A stretch of 64,000 nt of DNA from Octopus sinensis (Eukaryota), in assembly GCF_006345805.1 (NCBI RefSeq), contig NC_043022.1, positions 23,684,001 to 23,748,000 on the forward strand, in the 5' to 3' direction. The notes under the pieces were generated by a model. That model was not told the origin of the DNA. It made no database searches and saw nothing but the letters and a program-made list of their open reading frames with translations. Position numbers and translations under genes: made by a program. Positions 50,126 to 62,645 of the stretch are shown piece by piece. Every line of letters starts with the position of its first letter. Position 1 is the first letter of the stretch.

Positions 50126-50397
50126 GTCTGAGACTCCAAAAACATCACTGAAGATGCATCACAGAACATCCATGAGATGTATCTTAAAACTGTGTGACTA
50201 CATTATCTCTCATATATGTCCTTTTCTTATTTAAGATTGCAAAGTGTGATTTGGAAGGGAAAGAAAGATTTGGCTGTTATTTCTAACAGATCAAACAACC
50301 CTATAGATACTTCCTGATTGGGTTAGCTCAATATATTTGTGGTGGGAATACAGAACAAAGGCCACACAATGTTTTCATATGTTAGTACTGAAGTTGA

Positions 50398-50630
50398 AGA
50401 TGGCGGGCTGGCAGAATTGTTACCATGCTGGGCAAAATACTTAGTGGCATTTCGTCAGACTTTGTGGTCTGAGTTTAAATGTTGCTGGAGTTGACTTTGC
50501 CTTTCATCCTTTCAGGGTTGATTAAATAAGTATCAGTTGAGCACAAGGGTCAATGTAATTGACTACCTCTTCCCTTGAAATTGCTGGCCTTGTGCCAAAA
50601 TTATTATTATTGCTGTTATTATTATTATTA
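50398..50630 (+). mobile_element. SINE family D, (ATT)n tail
   Basis: GATGGCGGGCTGGCAGAAT...GACTTTGCCTTTCATCCTTTC..AAATAAGTA..GGCCTTGTGCCAAAA(TTA)n. Confidence 0.75.
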
Positions 50631-51699
50631 TTTAGACAGTGAGCTGGCAGGAGAATTAGTGTGATCATTTGGAGGAGATTCAGGTGCTGTTTCTAGCAAG
50701 GCAAGAAACTATGTGGAAACACTCTTAGTGGATTGAGGTGGGACTGCTAAGCTGGGAACCATGTTAGGTCTACCACATATACTGATTAGATCTGGCTCCA
50801 GCACCCTTGTCATGGTCCCTGTATTGAATTACATTTCCATCCAATGTACCCTTCAGTTTCTTCACTGTACCAGTAACTTCAATAGGAGATCTGGATGTTG
50901 TATCTAGCAAGGCAGATAACCATATAGAAGCATCCTTGATGAATTAAGGCGTGATGTTAAACTGGGCGTTGTGTTAGGTCTACCACCCATAAGAATAAAA
51001 TCTAGCTCTAAAGTTTGACTCTTCAAGTATTTTGGCTTTGTCCGTTTCTCTGTCTGTCTGTCTGCCTGTATCTGTGCGTGAATCTGTTTCTAGAATTGCC
51101 TTCGTTTCCTTGAGTTGTTTTTAATGGGGGTGTTGTTTACGTATCACATTCAATTCTACACCTACGGTGATAGCAGATCCAGGAGCCAAGACAGACAAGA
51201 GATGCTGCGAAACTCTATATATGAAGTATATAAACTGTTCTGACGGCGGTGCTGCTTCTGTGCCAAGTTATCTTGATTGGAATAACACACCTGAATGATA
51301 GACTCTATATGCATATATACATATATACATGTGTGTATGCAAACGTGTGTATTTGTGTGTGTACATATACATATATACACATATACATTCACACATACAT
51401 ACACACATGTATAGATATATATTCACATTCACAAACATATGCATACATTCATATGTCCATACATACATACAGATCTATGCGTACATGTGTGTGTGTGTAT
51501 ATATATATATTTACATATATATTCATGTATATATTTATATAATTATATGTATATATGTATTGTATATAATTATACACACACACACACACACATGTATATA
51601 AACACATATGTGTAAAGGTGTGATAGATGTTTGTAGCATGTGTTTACATAATGTATGCATAAAACAGAATAATTATTTTGGGGAGGCGGGACTTCTCTC

Positions 51700-51713
51700 T
51701 CAAATGGAAGCTG

Positions 51714-51745
<32 letters not shown>

Positions 51746-52490
51746 GGTGGTTGGGTTAGTGTCAGGGCAGAAAAATGCATACTGTCATTACTGCAATCAT
51801 CATTATCATCATCACCAGTATCATTATCATCACAACTATCACTACAATCATTATCTTCATCATTATCATTTACATCATTATTAGCATCCCCATCATCACC
51901 ATTATTATCACTGCCTCTGTCATTATCATCATCATTACCAATATTGTTGTCCTCATCAGTAGCAGCAGCACCAGCAACATTTATGTATAAGCCAATGAGG
52001 TGGACTCCTACTTAATCACTTAACCCACAAGAAATAATCCAAATCTTCCTCCAATCATCCGTACTGTCTTTAAAATTAAAATGGATGACAATACTGGACA
52101 ACAAAGACTTAGATTCACTAACTGAAATGACTTTGGCCATCATTCAGAGCTCATGTAGGGCTAAATAGCATTAGGGCATCATTAACATCATCATCGTTGT
52201 CATCACTGTCACCATCATAACCTCAATGTCAGTATCATTACCATCAACATCACCACCATCATTTTCCTCCTCCTCCACCTCATTATAATCATCATCATCA
52301 TCATCATTGTCGTAATCGTCATTGTTTTCCTCCTCCACCTCATTGTCATCATTACAACCATCATTATCATCATCATTGTCATTGTCTTTGTTGTTTCCCT
52401 CCACCTCCTCATCATCATCACCATCACCACCATCATTATTATCATTGTCATTGTTTTCTTCCTCCTCTACCTCATCATCATCATCAGTGC
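51700..52490. repeat. ATC/CCT low-complexity tract with ~65-bp sub-repeats
   Basis: TTTTCCTCCTCCACCTCAT unit recurring at 52262, 52325, 52395, 52455. Confidence 0.8.
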
Positions 52491-52499
52491 CAACTCTTA

Positions 52500-52797
52500 T
52501 CTTTAAGTTTTAATTTGAATAAATGTATTTAGTTCATTAAACTTTATTTTTCTTTAAACTAAAAGCAAGTACATTTTATACAATAAAATGGTGTTTTCAA
52601 ATATTTTGACATTTCAAATGCCAATAAAGGGTAACTGGAATGAAAGACAAATCTATTTTTAGTCAGGAACAAGGAAGAAACACATTACCATTTCAAGCAA
52701 TGCCAAAGTTTTAACTGTGTTACATTTCAGGTGTGTTCAATGAAGTGTTAAAAAATTTAGCTTAAAAATGCTCAGAACTTTCCGGACAACCTAATAC
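52500..52797 (-). mobile_element. Mariner-like terminal fragment
   Basis: Ends in AGAACTTTCCGGACAACCTAA|TA, a mariner-type TIR; interior not translatable by eye. Confidence 0.35.
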
Positions 52798-53015
52798 GTG
52801 TGTATGTATCTTTATGTTTGTCTCATACCACCATTTGACAATCAGTCTTGGTTTATTTACATCCCTGTAACTTTGCAGTTCATCAAAAGAGACCAGTAAA
52901 ATAAGTATGAAAATTTTAAAATAACTCCTAGGATCAATTTGTTCAACTAAGCTCCTTAAGGCAGTGCCCCAGCATGGCCACAGACTAATGACTGAAAAAA
53001 GCAAAAGATAAAAGC
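52798..53015 (+). mobile_element. SINE family A 3' half
   Basis: CCAGCATGGCCACAGACTAATGACTGAAA..AAAAGATAAAAG tail. Confidence 0.65.
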
Positions 53016-53044
53016 TGTATCTGTGCAGTTAATAATCTTTTTAT

Positions 53045-53545
53045 AACATGCACTAGGCCTGAAATTTTGTGGGATAGGACTTGTTGTTTACATTGAACCC
53101 AGTACCCAACTGGTATTTATTGACCCTGTGAAAGGTAAAGCCGATTAAGGTAATATTTGAACTCAGAACATAATCATGGGTGAAATACCGCTAAGCATTT
53201 TGTTTGGCATCCTAATGGTTTTTTCCAACTCACCACCTTCTGCAATTAATAATGAAACCAAAAGCAATCCAGGAAAATACAAAACTAGCCTCATCTATCC
53301 CAAGTAAGAGAAATGAATATATAAATGCTTAAAAAATCACTTTACAAAAGTCATTATTAAAGATAGTGGCAAGGTGGCAAAATCGTTAGCACACTGGGCA
53401 CAGTGCTTAGCAGCATTTCATCCATCTTTGCATTCTAAATTCAAATTCCACTGAGGCAGACTTTGCTTTTCATGCTTTTGAGGTCGATAACATAATTGAC
53501 TCATCCCCTCTCCTAAACTGCTGCCCTTATGGCAAAATTTGAAAC

Positions 53546-53590
<45 letters not shown>

Positions 53591-54262
53591 GGTGGGGAGC
53601 TTGCATAATCGCAAGCATGCCGGGCAAAATGCTTTGCAGCATTTTGTCCATCCTTACATTTTGAATTCAAATTCCACCGAGATCAACATTGCCTTTCATC
53701 CTTTTGGAGTTGATAAATTAAGAACCAGTGAAACACTGGGATCAATATAATCTACTAATCCCTTCCCTGCAAAATTCTGGACCTTGTTCTTTTAGTAGAA
53801 AGGATTATTATTATCTTTTTTTTTTCTTCTTTCAAATTTGCTTCCATTTCTTGCCGAGTGTCTTCCCGACTCCTAGGGCAAAGAAACTCATAGTATACAT
53901 TGGTAGGCCATTAAACTAAACTCATTAGTTCATTCATTTTTTTTTTTTTAAACTTAAATTAAAATACATGGGTAGTAATAGTTCTCACATCGACAATGCT
54001 CTTCTCAATACGTGTGATGTACCAGTTAAGACAATCTTATTATTATTATTATTGAGGCTGCAATCAGACAGACTCATTAGCTCATTGGATAAAATGCTTA
54101 GCAGCATTTCTTCAAGCTCTTTATGTTCTGAGCTCAAACCTCGTTAAAATCAACTTTGCCTTTCTTCCTTTCAGGATCAATAAAATGAAGTACCAGTCTA
54201 GAACGGGGAAGCAATATAATGCCTCTAAAACTGTTGGCTTTGTGCCAAAATTAGAATTATTT
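53045..54262. mobile_element. Cluster of four SINE family D copies (53045-53240 -, 53368-53588 +, 53589-53800 +, 54055-54262 +)
   Basis: Shared core; the third copy starts directly after the (ATT)n tail of the second. Confidence 0.7.
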
Positions 54263-54574
54263 CAGGCATTTCTTTTCAATTAGCCTAATTTGTTAAGTTA
54301 TTACATTAGCATCATGAAAAAGAAAACATTTCTTAAAAAAATATATATATTTGAAAATAATTGCATATTGAAATATTGAAAACTCATTTTAAAATACACA
54401 TAAATATAAATACAAACATATATATATATATATTATACATGTTTGTATGTATGTGTGTGTGTGTATATATATATATATATACATGCATGCATATACATAC
54501 ATATATACACATATACACACACGTGTGTGTGTGTATATATATATTTTATTTTTATTTTTATTTTACTCACTCTC

Positions 54575-54700
54575 ATCATCATCATCATCGTTTAACATCC
54601 GTTTTCCATGCTAGCATGGGTTGGACGGTTTTGACTGAGGGCTGGCAACCAGATGGCTGCACCAGGCTCCAGTCTTGATCTGGCAGAGTTTCTACAGCTT
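54575..54700 (-). mobile_element. 5'-truncated RTE-like 3' tail
   Basis: (CAT)nCGTTTAACATCCGTTTTCCATGCTAGCATGGGTTGGACGG. Confidence 0.75.
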
Positions 54701-54947
54701 TTTTTATTCTAAGAAGTTGGACATAGTGGATTATGGCGCACACACACAGATAGACAGATACCTGGTAGGTTCATTCTATGAGCCTACACAATTAAAAATT
54801 ACATGGAGCTGACTCAAATTGTTATTAAATTATATATGTGCCTCTTACCAAATAGGATGAGTGCCACTTTACTTCATTTGTCCAGTCACTCATATAGATA
54901 CATACACGTGTGTGTGTGTGTGTGTGTGTGTCTGTGTGTGAAGATGT

Positions 54948-55095
54948 GTGACTCAATTGTTAGGGTGTTGCACTCACCATTGCTAGATTGTGTGTTTGAT
55001 TCCAGGACTGAGCAGCATATTGTGTTCTTGAGCAAAACACTTCATTTCACATTGCTCCAGTCCACTCAGCTGTCAAAGGGTAACCCTGCAACAGA
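54948..55095 (+). mobile_element. SINE family B
   Basis: GTGTTCTTGAGCAAAACAC..GCTCCAGTCCACTCAGCTG. Confidence 0.7.
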
Positions 55096-55440
55096 ATAGC
55101 CTTTCAATCAGTAGCAATGTTGTCCTGGTACATTGCCTAGCCAGCAGGGTGGTTAAAACAAGGCAAAACACATTGTGACCAGCAATACATTACAACATCC
55201 GAATATCTGGCCACATACATACATATGTACGTTTGTGTGTGTGTGTGTGTGTGCAATTGTTCTTCAACCTCTGATGGAACCAAACCTTGTGAGTGAACCT
55301 ATGAGGAACCCTGACACATGGCTTGCATCTGTAAATGGAATGGTTAGTTTGTCTGTGCTGTGTCACACTGATTCTGCCCAAAGGTTTTATTAAGAATACA
55401 TGTCTTTGAAATGGAATAGTTAGTCACATCCACCAGTTGA

Positions 55441-55670
55441 TTAACCCTTTTGTTACCATATTTCTGTTGAGATACTCTGTGTTTCTTTCAATTAATTTCA
55501 AATATAACAAAGAATTAGTAAAGTAATTTAGTTTATCATTAAGCTAGTGTAAGGAACATAAATTGTGACTAAGGCTTGGTGGAAGATTTTAATTCAGAAC
55601 TTTTGAAAACAAGACATTTGTACTACAGAACCAGAGGCGGTTTCAGGCGGGCTGGTATCAAAAGGGTTAA
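55441..55670. mobile_element. piggyBac-type MITE family 2 (complete, 230 bp)
   Basis: TTAA|CCCTTTTGTTACC ... GGTATCAAAAGGG|TTAA; related copies at 1311-1530, 18986-19205 (inverted) and 33262-33830 (several partial). Confidence 0.8.
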
Positions 55671-55849
55671 ACAACTGAAATAGTTAGTCATTGAAACTGA
55701 AGGAGAATCTATTTAATTTTTTGTTTGTCTTTATTTTAATCTAATGTAAATTAGTGAAAATATACTGCAGTAGCCAAGTTCATAAAAGTGAGGTAACTCT
55801 GTCAACTTACCAGCACCTAGAATTTAGCAGGTTATACATATTCTTTCTT

Positions 55850-56760
55850 CTACCCATTTTAAGACTATTGTCTTAAGGGTGTGATATTTCTAGACGTTTG
55901 GCTGTTGTTTCTAGCAGTCTGGATGACTGTATAAACACTCCTTTATCAACCAGTATGTACGTCTGTTACCTGCTGTTGCTGTTTAACATCAATCATTGCC
56001 ATCTTGTCTCTTATTCAAGCATAGTATATCTAGGACAACATCGTTTTATGTGCCTTTCTTAATTTAAGACATCAAAGAGTGGTTTTAAGATTTGGCTACT
56101 ATCTCTACTGAATTGGACAACTGAGTACAGGCTATTTTATTGGTCATACACTTGTCTATTACTTGTTGATGTTTAACCCTAGATCAATCCTAATCCAGAA
56201 GACCTAAGATCAAAGGCATTCAGCTGTGACCATCTTGTCTCCTATCCAGACATAGTATATCTAAGACTACATTGTTTAATGTGCCCTTCTTGATTTTAAG
56301 ACAAGTGGGAGTATTTGAAAGATGATTTGGCTAGTTTCTCTAGTAAACTGAACGACTAAATACAGGTTACATTCTATTGGTCACTATGTATGTCTGTTAT
56401 CCATTGATGCTGTTGAATCCTACATTAATCTTTATCCAGAAAACCTAAGATCAAAGGCTTACAGCGACATTTTAATTCAGACATGTTTGTTTCTTTTCCT
56501 TTCCATAGAAGAGCATAGCTCAAAATGTTAAAAACTTCTTCCAATTTTCCAAACACCAACCTAATACACCTTGTTTGTTGTTCTTATAACTTGTATTCAT
56601 GTTTTTTTTTTTGTTTTCTTGGTGGGGTGTCTTTTTTTTTACCATATATCTAAGACTACATTGTTTAACATATCCTTATTTTAAGATGCAATTTGAAAAG
56701 AGATTTGGCTGCAATTTCTACCAGATCCAGTCATTATCATAGTAATAGTGATGGTGGTTC
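55850..56760. repeat. Degenerate local tandem array of a dispersed ~230-bp repeat
   Basis: CTA(A/G)GAC(T/A)ACA at 56030, 56261, 56650; GATTTGGCT..TTTCTA and GATCAAAGGC motifs recur, also at about 1540-1730, 4180-4700 and 50170-50960. Confidence 0.55.
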
Positions 56761-57454
56761 TGTTGATGGTGATGATGAAAGTATTTTTGAGAACTCAGGG
56801 TGTTTTATTTTATTCTGCATACTCTCCAATTGTCTTTTGTCAGACAATGTAACTGCTAACCAAAGCCAAGTGTAATGTCAGTGACCTTATTATTGTTGTT
56901 ACTGTCGTTGTTGTTACAGTGGCTTTTATTGTTGTTATTATTGTTCTTACCGTTATTGTAGCTATTCTTGTCTCTGATACTGTTGTTGTTGGTCTTTGGT
57001 ATTTCAATACTTCTAGACTGTTCTTTGCAGGAGAATGATACATTCCCAGATGTTACCACCACAACTACTACAACTACTTCTACTACTACTACTGCTGTTT
57101 ATATGTGTGTAGGAGTAGTTTCTGCTAACCAAAGTAGCTGGATTGCTAACTTGTTCTTTTTGCTCGCCTCTACTTTTCTTTATTTATATTTTTTATTTTA
57201 ATTACTTTCTAAAGATGTTTCCATGGTTACTCAGTTGGCTGCTGAAAGGTTTCAGTATATTCTAATCCAGGATTTGATCCTGTGTCTCTTACTCAACTCC
57301 TCCAGACCAGCAGTCTCCAAACGTTTTTACATTGTTGACTGATTTCATGCAAGACAAATTTTCCACAGACCAACGAATCATTCATGGAACAAAACACAAA
57401 GTGCATAATATATAGTTTAATTATTAGATATACAATTAGTCCACATTGTTTCAT

Positions 57455-57680
57455 AAGGAACATAGGGCCAGTTTCCTGGTTTTTCTGGCATATATATTCC
57501 TTTCTGGAAGGGATGCCAGTCTACCACAGGATTACTCATTTTTACCAGCTGAGTGGACTGGAGCAACATGAAATGAAGGTTTTTGCTCAAGCACACAATG
57601 CCCCACCCAGGCCAAGAATCAAAACCACAATCTTATGATCATAAGTCCAACACCCTAACCTCTAAGCCTTGAACCTCCAC
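57455..57680 (-). mobile_element. SINE family B
   Basis: Head/core match; tail like the 38205 copy. Confidence 0.7.
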
Positions 57681-57934
57681 TATATATATAATACATATAT
57701 AACACCAAAACACCCTGCAGGTTGTGATAGTCAATAAAATAGAAATAACAATGAAAAAATTATTTTTTCTGTGCAGCCTAGTACCTAATTTTCCAATGCT
57801 TGGTGATTGGGGACCCCTACCCTAGATTATGCACCTCCCATTAGTCAACACTACAATGTATTGTTCCTGCTGATCTGGGATCAAAGATAGTTCCAGTTGT
57901 GACTATCCAGTCTTGTTGTATATACATTGTCTTG

Positions 57935-58250
57935 TGAGGGTGCATGGCTAGGTGGTCAGGATATTTGGCTCAAGATTGTGAGGTCATGAATTCAATACCT
58001 GGCAGTGTATTGTGTCTTTGAGCAAGATGCTTTATTTACATTGCTCCAGTCCACTCAGCTGGTGAAATTTGTACATGTGTGTCAAAGGGCAAGCCTTGTC
58101 ACATTCTGCGTCATGCTGAACCTCCCTGAGAACTACGTTAGTTCACGCTTATCTGTGGAGAGCTCATCCACTTGCACATTAATTTCATAGCAGACTGTTC
58201 TATTCATCAGATCAACTAGAACCCTCATCATTGTAACCGATGGGGTTCCA
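57935..58250 (+). mobile_element. SINE family B
   Basis: Head/core; tail like the 49224 copy. Confidence 0.7.
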
Positions 58251-58479
58251 TATACATTTTCCTGTATGTCCTTATTGCAGTCTATGTAGGCTGGTCCCAA
58301 GTCAGTTTTGATCTAGCCAGAATTATGCTCAAAGATGTTTCATCAATCTATCCATCTATGCTCTCTGCCTCTATTCTTGAGAGGGTATTGGGGATAAAAT
58401 CCTCAGACACCTCCTCCATAGGAATCTCACCAGAAGCAGCTTATCATTAGACTTTCTGGATGGATTCTTAAGCATGGCC

Positions 58480-58680
58480 AACTGAGATTATGAATATTAT
58501 CCAACCTTTTCATTCTTGGTCTACTCGCAGGCCTCCTGCCAGTTGGCTTAGTAGGAAGAATCCATCTAGTGATTCTTTTCTATGACATTGTAATCATATG
58601 TCCATAGTACCAGAGCTGTAATCTCCTAGTAGAAGTCATCACTCAACATAATACTCCCTGATCTCCAGGCTATGCCATGA
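58480..58680 (-). mobile_element. RTE-clade LINE ORF2 C-terminal relic
   Basis: Minus strand reads RRLQLWYYGHMITMS*KRITRWILPTKPTGRRPASRPRMKRLDNI (RTE LRWYGH...GRP..RW.D motif). Confidence 0.7.
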
Positions 58681-58847
58681 TAATCCTACATTTTATTCAG
58701 ACTCAGTGTATCTAGGACTACATTATCTATTCTATGGTTAGTGTTACTGGCTATAGTAGTTGCTGTTGTTTAACCCTAAATCTGTCCTGACTCAGCCAAA
58801 GCTATGATCAAAGGTGTTCCAGTGATGACCATCCCACATTTTATTGT

Positions 58848-59210
58848 GTGAAGGTGCATGGAGCAGTGGTTTGAGTGTCGAGCTTACAATCATGAGTTTG
58901 TGAGTTCGATTCCAGGACCGGGCTGCATGTTGTGTTCTTGAGCAAGACACTTTATTTCATGTTGCTCCAGTTCACTCAGCTGTAGAAATGAGTTACAACA
59001 TCACTGGTGTGAAGCTGTATCAGCCTTTGCCTTTCCCTTGGATAGCATCAGTGGCATAGTGAGAGGAGGCTGGTATGCATGGGTGACTGCTGGTCTTCCA
59101 TAAAAACAACCCTAGGTTGTGTGTTTACCAGTGAGGCAACTCTCCACCTAGACTTGTACCCTGGAGGGGAACCGCTTAGGTGCACCCACGATCATTCATG
59201 ACCAGCGGAG
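58848..59210 (+). mobile_element. SINE family B, third tail type
   Basis: Head/core followed by GAGGCTGGTATGCATGGGTGACTGCTGGTCTTCC tail. Confidence 0.7.
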
Positions 59211-59214
59211 TTGT

Positions 59215-59791
59215 TTAAATATATCACTCCAAACATCATGGTGTTTGGAGTGATCACTATTGATGCCGCCATTCATATTCCCACACAGCCTCAGAATCAA
59301 CACGGAGGCCTACATCAAGTGCCTGGAGGAGGTAGTGCTGCCCTGGGTCAAGAGGGTGGCTGCTGGAAGACCCTATATCTGGCAACAGGACTCTGAACTA
59401 TGCTACACATGCAGGTGAACCCAGTTATGGCTGTCAGACAATTTCTGCAACCACATCACCCATAACATCTGGCCACTTAACTCCCCAGATTGCAACCCCC
59501 TTGACTATTATGTGTAGGGTGCAGTTGAGCGAGAGACCAACAAATCACCTTGTAACACCAAAGATGAACTAAAGACAAGGATTGTGGTAGCATTCACCAA
59601 CTAAAACAGGGAGACTGTTCGGAAGAGTTGCAAGAAATTCTGAAGTCGTCTGGAAGCCAATATTGAAACCAAAGACGATTTTATTGAATAAATTTACTCA
59701 AGTATTTCAAGATATTTTTCTGTAATTTCAGTAAATATATGTTAAAATTATTTTCATTTTTGCGTAATTTAGATGACAGTTTATTCACCAC

Positions 59792-59796
<5 letters not shown>
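59215..59796 (+). mobile_element. Second copy of the DD37D (maT-type) 3' half
   Basis: Colinear with the reverse complement of 30929-31555 (GGCAACAGGACTCT...GATTGCAACCCCCTTGACTATTATGTG...GATGACAGTTTATTCACC); ends at TA. Confidence 0.85.
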
Positions 59797-59822
<26 letters not shown>

Positions 59823-60155
59823 GCAAAGGTAAAGCTTTTCACTTAATGTACAAAACAATTAAGTATATGAAGCAAAGACGACACCCTTAAATCTGTTAGC
59901 ACTATAATTATAACAACTACCACCATCACCACCACTAACTTTACCACTACCATCATCAACATTATCATTTGTAGCATTGCTTTCCAATTGCTGTGTAGAT
60001 TGGGTTTCGGCAATGTAACTGAGATGGTTTGTCTTAGGGGTGGAAGAAATGAGTGTACATGTGTGGCTGTCTTTGTGTGTGTGGGTGGGTGTGTATGTGA
60101 AAAGAAAATATGAGAATATTCCACTCTCAGTTCTGGAGATTAGGTCCGTGTTGTT

Positions 60156-60475
60156 GTTGTTGTTGGTGGTGGTGGTGTTGGTGGTAATGATGATGATAGT
60201 GATGGTGATAATGATATTGAAATTTGTAAAGCTGTTGGTTCTGGCAATAATGATGAGGGTGGATGTGATGTTGATGATGACAGTGTTGTTGATGATGTTG
60301 ATGGTGTTGTTGTTGGTGGTGGTGGTGTTGGTGGTAATGATGATGATAGTGATGGTGATAATGATATTGAAATTTGTAAAGCTGTTGGTTCTGGCAATAA
60401 TGATGAGGGTGGATGTGATGTTGATGATGACAGTGTTGTTGATGATGTTGATGGTGTTGTTGTTGGTGGTGGTGG
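60156..60475. repeat. 150-bp tandem duplication of GGT/GAT/GTT low-complexity DNA
   Basis: GTGGTAATGATGATGATAGT at 60181 and 60331; 50-aa periodicity in the spurious ORFs. Confidence 0.9.
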
Positions 60476-61404
60476 CAGCAAAAAATTCTTCTTAATCAGA
60501 TAGACAGACAGACAGACAGTTAGTTAGATAGATAGATAGATAATATAGATAGATAGATAGATGGGTTGGTAGATAAAGTGTATTTTTATCTATCTATCCA
60601 TCTATCTGTTGCTACTTTGTCTATTTCTGACAGACTGAACAACTAAAAGGAGTCACCTTCATTAACTTAATGACGTTTTAGCTGACGTTTGTGTAGGGGT
60701 TTTCCATGGCATTACTTTGGGAGATGAGTGTGGATGAGGGATATCTCTTTTCAGTTTTTATATATTGCTCTGGGACTCCATTTAGAGGGAAAATTATGTT
60801 TGATGACACATTTTTTACTTATTTTTTGTTTCCATCTTTTTTTTATTTTCTTCTTCTTCTTCTTCTTCTTCTTCTTCTTCTTCTTCTTCTTCTTCTTCTT
60901 CTTCCCCACCACTCTCTGTATGTCTGTCTGTCTGTCTATCTGTATTTCTCTCTCTTCAATCTGCTTTCTTCTACAGATGCTAAATCAATTAGTGCTGGAA
61001 GAAAGAAGAGAGAGAGAGAGAGAGAAATAGAGAGACCTAATATGGTGTATGTTTTGTTTATTTGTCTTAATAATTAATTTTACCTGATATTGCTGCTAAC
61101 GAAGTAAGGAATGGTGACATATAACACCTGAAAGCATTGCCAAGGTTTGCCACAAGCCATTGACTGAAAGCTGTGAAATCATTCAGCATGCTAGATATAG
61201 CAGCAAAATCTCCCTCAAACCAAACCTTAATGCAGGACACATTAAATAATGTACTCTTATGTACAGTGCATGCAATAAACAGGATTGTCATGGATGGAAC
61301 ATCTGTAATGATAGGTCTCCTGGCTTAGAGCTAACTTGCCAAATTAGAGCTAAATAGCAGCTATATGTAATGTATACTAGATATACTATATTTTAATTCT
61401 TCTC

Positions 61405-62055
61405 ACAGAGGCAATGATGAAAGACCAAGACCTCTAGAGACATGCTGTGATTGAGAAGACCCAGCAAGTAAAGTGAAATCACAGCTATAGCCTACACCAG
61501 TGTCGCAAAACCAGCTCACTTAAAAAGTGCCTTTGGGTCGTCGAGCGATATGCCATGCTTGAGGAGATCTATTGAATCTAGTAAATCAAAATCAAAATCA
61601 AATCAAATCACAATCAAATGGAAATTGTAGTTGTGGCCAATGCCAGTGCTGCCTGACTGGTTCCCATACTGGTGGCACACAATAAGCAACATTCATGCAT
61701 GGGTCGTTGCCAGTGCAGCCTGATTGGCTCCCCATGCCAGTGGCATGTAAAAAGCACCATCCAAACATGGTCAATGCAGGACCCCGGCTCCGACTGGCTC
61801 CTGTGCCGATGGCATGTAAAAAGCACCATCTGAACGTGGCCGATTCCAGTGCTGCCTGACTGGCTCCCATTCTGGTGGCACATAAAAAGCACCCACTACA
61901 CTTTCAGAGTGGTTGGCATTAGGAAGGGCATCCAGCTGTAGAAACATTGCCAGATCAGATTGAAGCCTGGTGTGGCCTCCTGACTTGCCACTCCCCAGTC
62001 AAACCATCCAACCCAAGACAGCATGGAAAAACGGACATTAAACAATGATGATGAT
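61405..62055 (+). mobile_element. 3' end of an RTE-like LINE: ORF2 end, 3'UTR with internal ~60-65 bp tandem repeats, (GAT)n tail
   Basis: KDQDL*RHAVIEKT at 61420-61470; four GCC..TGCCAGTGC...GGCA(C/T)GTAAAAAGCACC units at 61636-61895; tail CAGCATGGAAAACGGACATTAAACAATGATGATGAT. Confidence 0.65.
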
Positions 62056-62058
62056 ATA

Positions 62059-62279
62059 CAAGGGGGTACTGAGAAGTTTCTGGCTTTAAGGATATCATGA
62101 AAAGCTTGGTTGGAGTTCCAACCTTCTGACTTCTTTTACAGGGCTTAGAAAAAAACTGAAGAACTACTGCAATAAGTTTGTGAAACTGAGAGGGGAAAAT
62201 ATGTTGAATAAAATCATAATTAACTGATCCTCCTATATTTTCTCTTACCTAAAGCCAGGAACTTTTCAGTGCCTCCTTG
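62059..62279 (+). mobile_element. Mariner-derived MITE (221 bp)
   Basis: TA|CAAGGGGGTACTGAGAAGTTTCTGGCTTTA ... TAAAGCCAGGAACTTTTCAGTGCCTCCTTG|TA; interior retains a transposase C-terminus (GLEK..K..CNKFVKLRG.YVE*). Confidence 0.8.
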
Positions 62280-62342
<63 letters not shown>

Positions 62343-62359
62343 TGCACAAACAACACACA

Positions 62360-62645
62360 CCTAGTTTTGAGTTTAGTCCCACTGTGTAGAACCTTGGACA
62401 AGTGTTTCTTACTATAACCCCTGGCTGTTATGCTTGTGTTTGTCCCACACCACCACTTGACAACTGGTGTTGGTGTGTTTATGCCCTCACAACTTAGCAG
62501 TTCAACAAAAGAGACTGATATAATAAGTACCAGTTTTAAAAACAAAAAAAGTACTGGGGTCAATTGATTTGACTAAAAATTCTTCAAAGAGATGCTCCTG
62601 CATGGCCATAGTCTAATGACTAACAAGTAAAAGATAAAAGACGAA
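62360..62645 (+). mobile_element. SINE family A with internal deletion
   Basis: Partial head joined to the 3' half. Confidence 0.65.

Noticed and set aside
57028-57100. TTTGCAG followed by ENDTFPDVTTTTTT
   Set aside because: The phase-1 reading hits TGA at once; no donor; low complexity.
60040-60495. 151-aa and 113-aa hydrophobic or Ser/Pro-rich ORFs
   Set aside because: Products of the 150-bp duplicated trinucleotide-rich DNA.
61399-61440. CACAG acceptor-like site followed by an open-looking stretch
   Set aside because: In-frame TAG; the sequence is the RTE-like element end.
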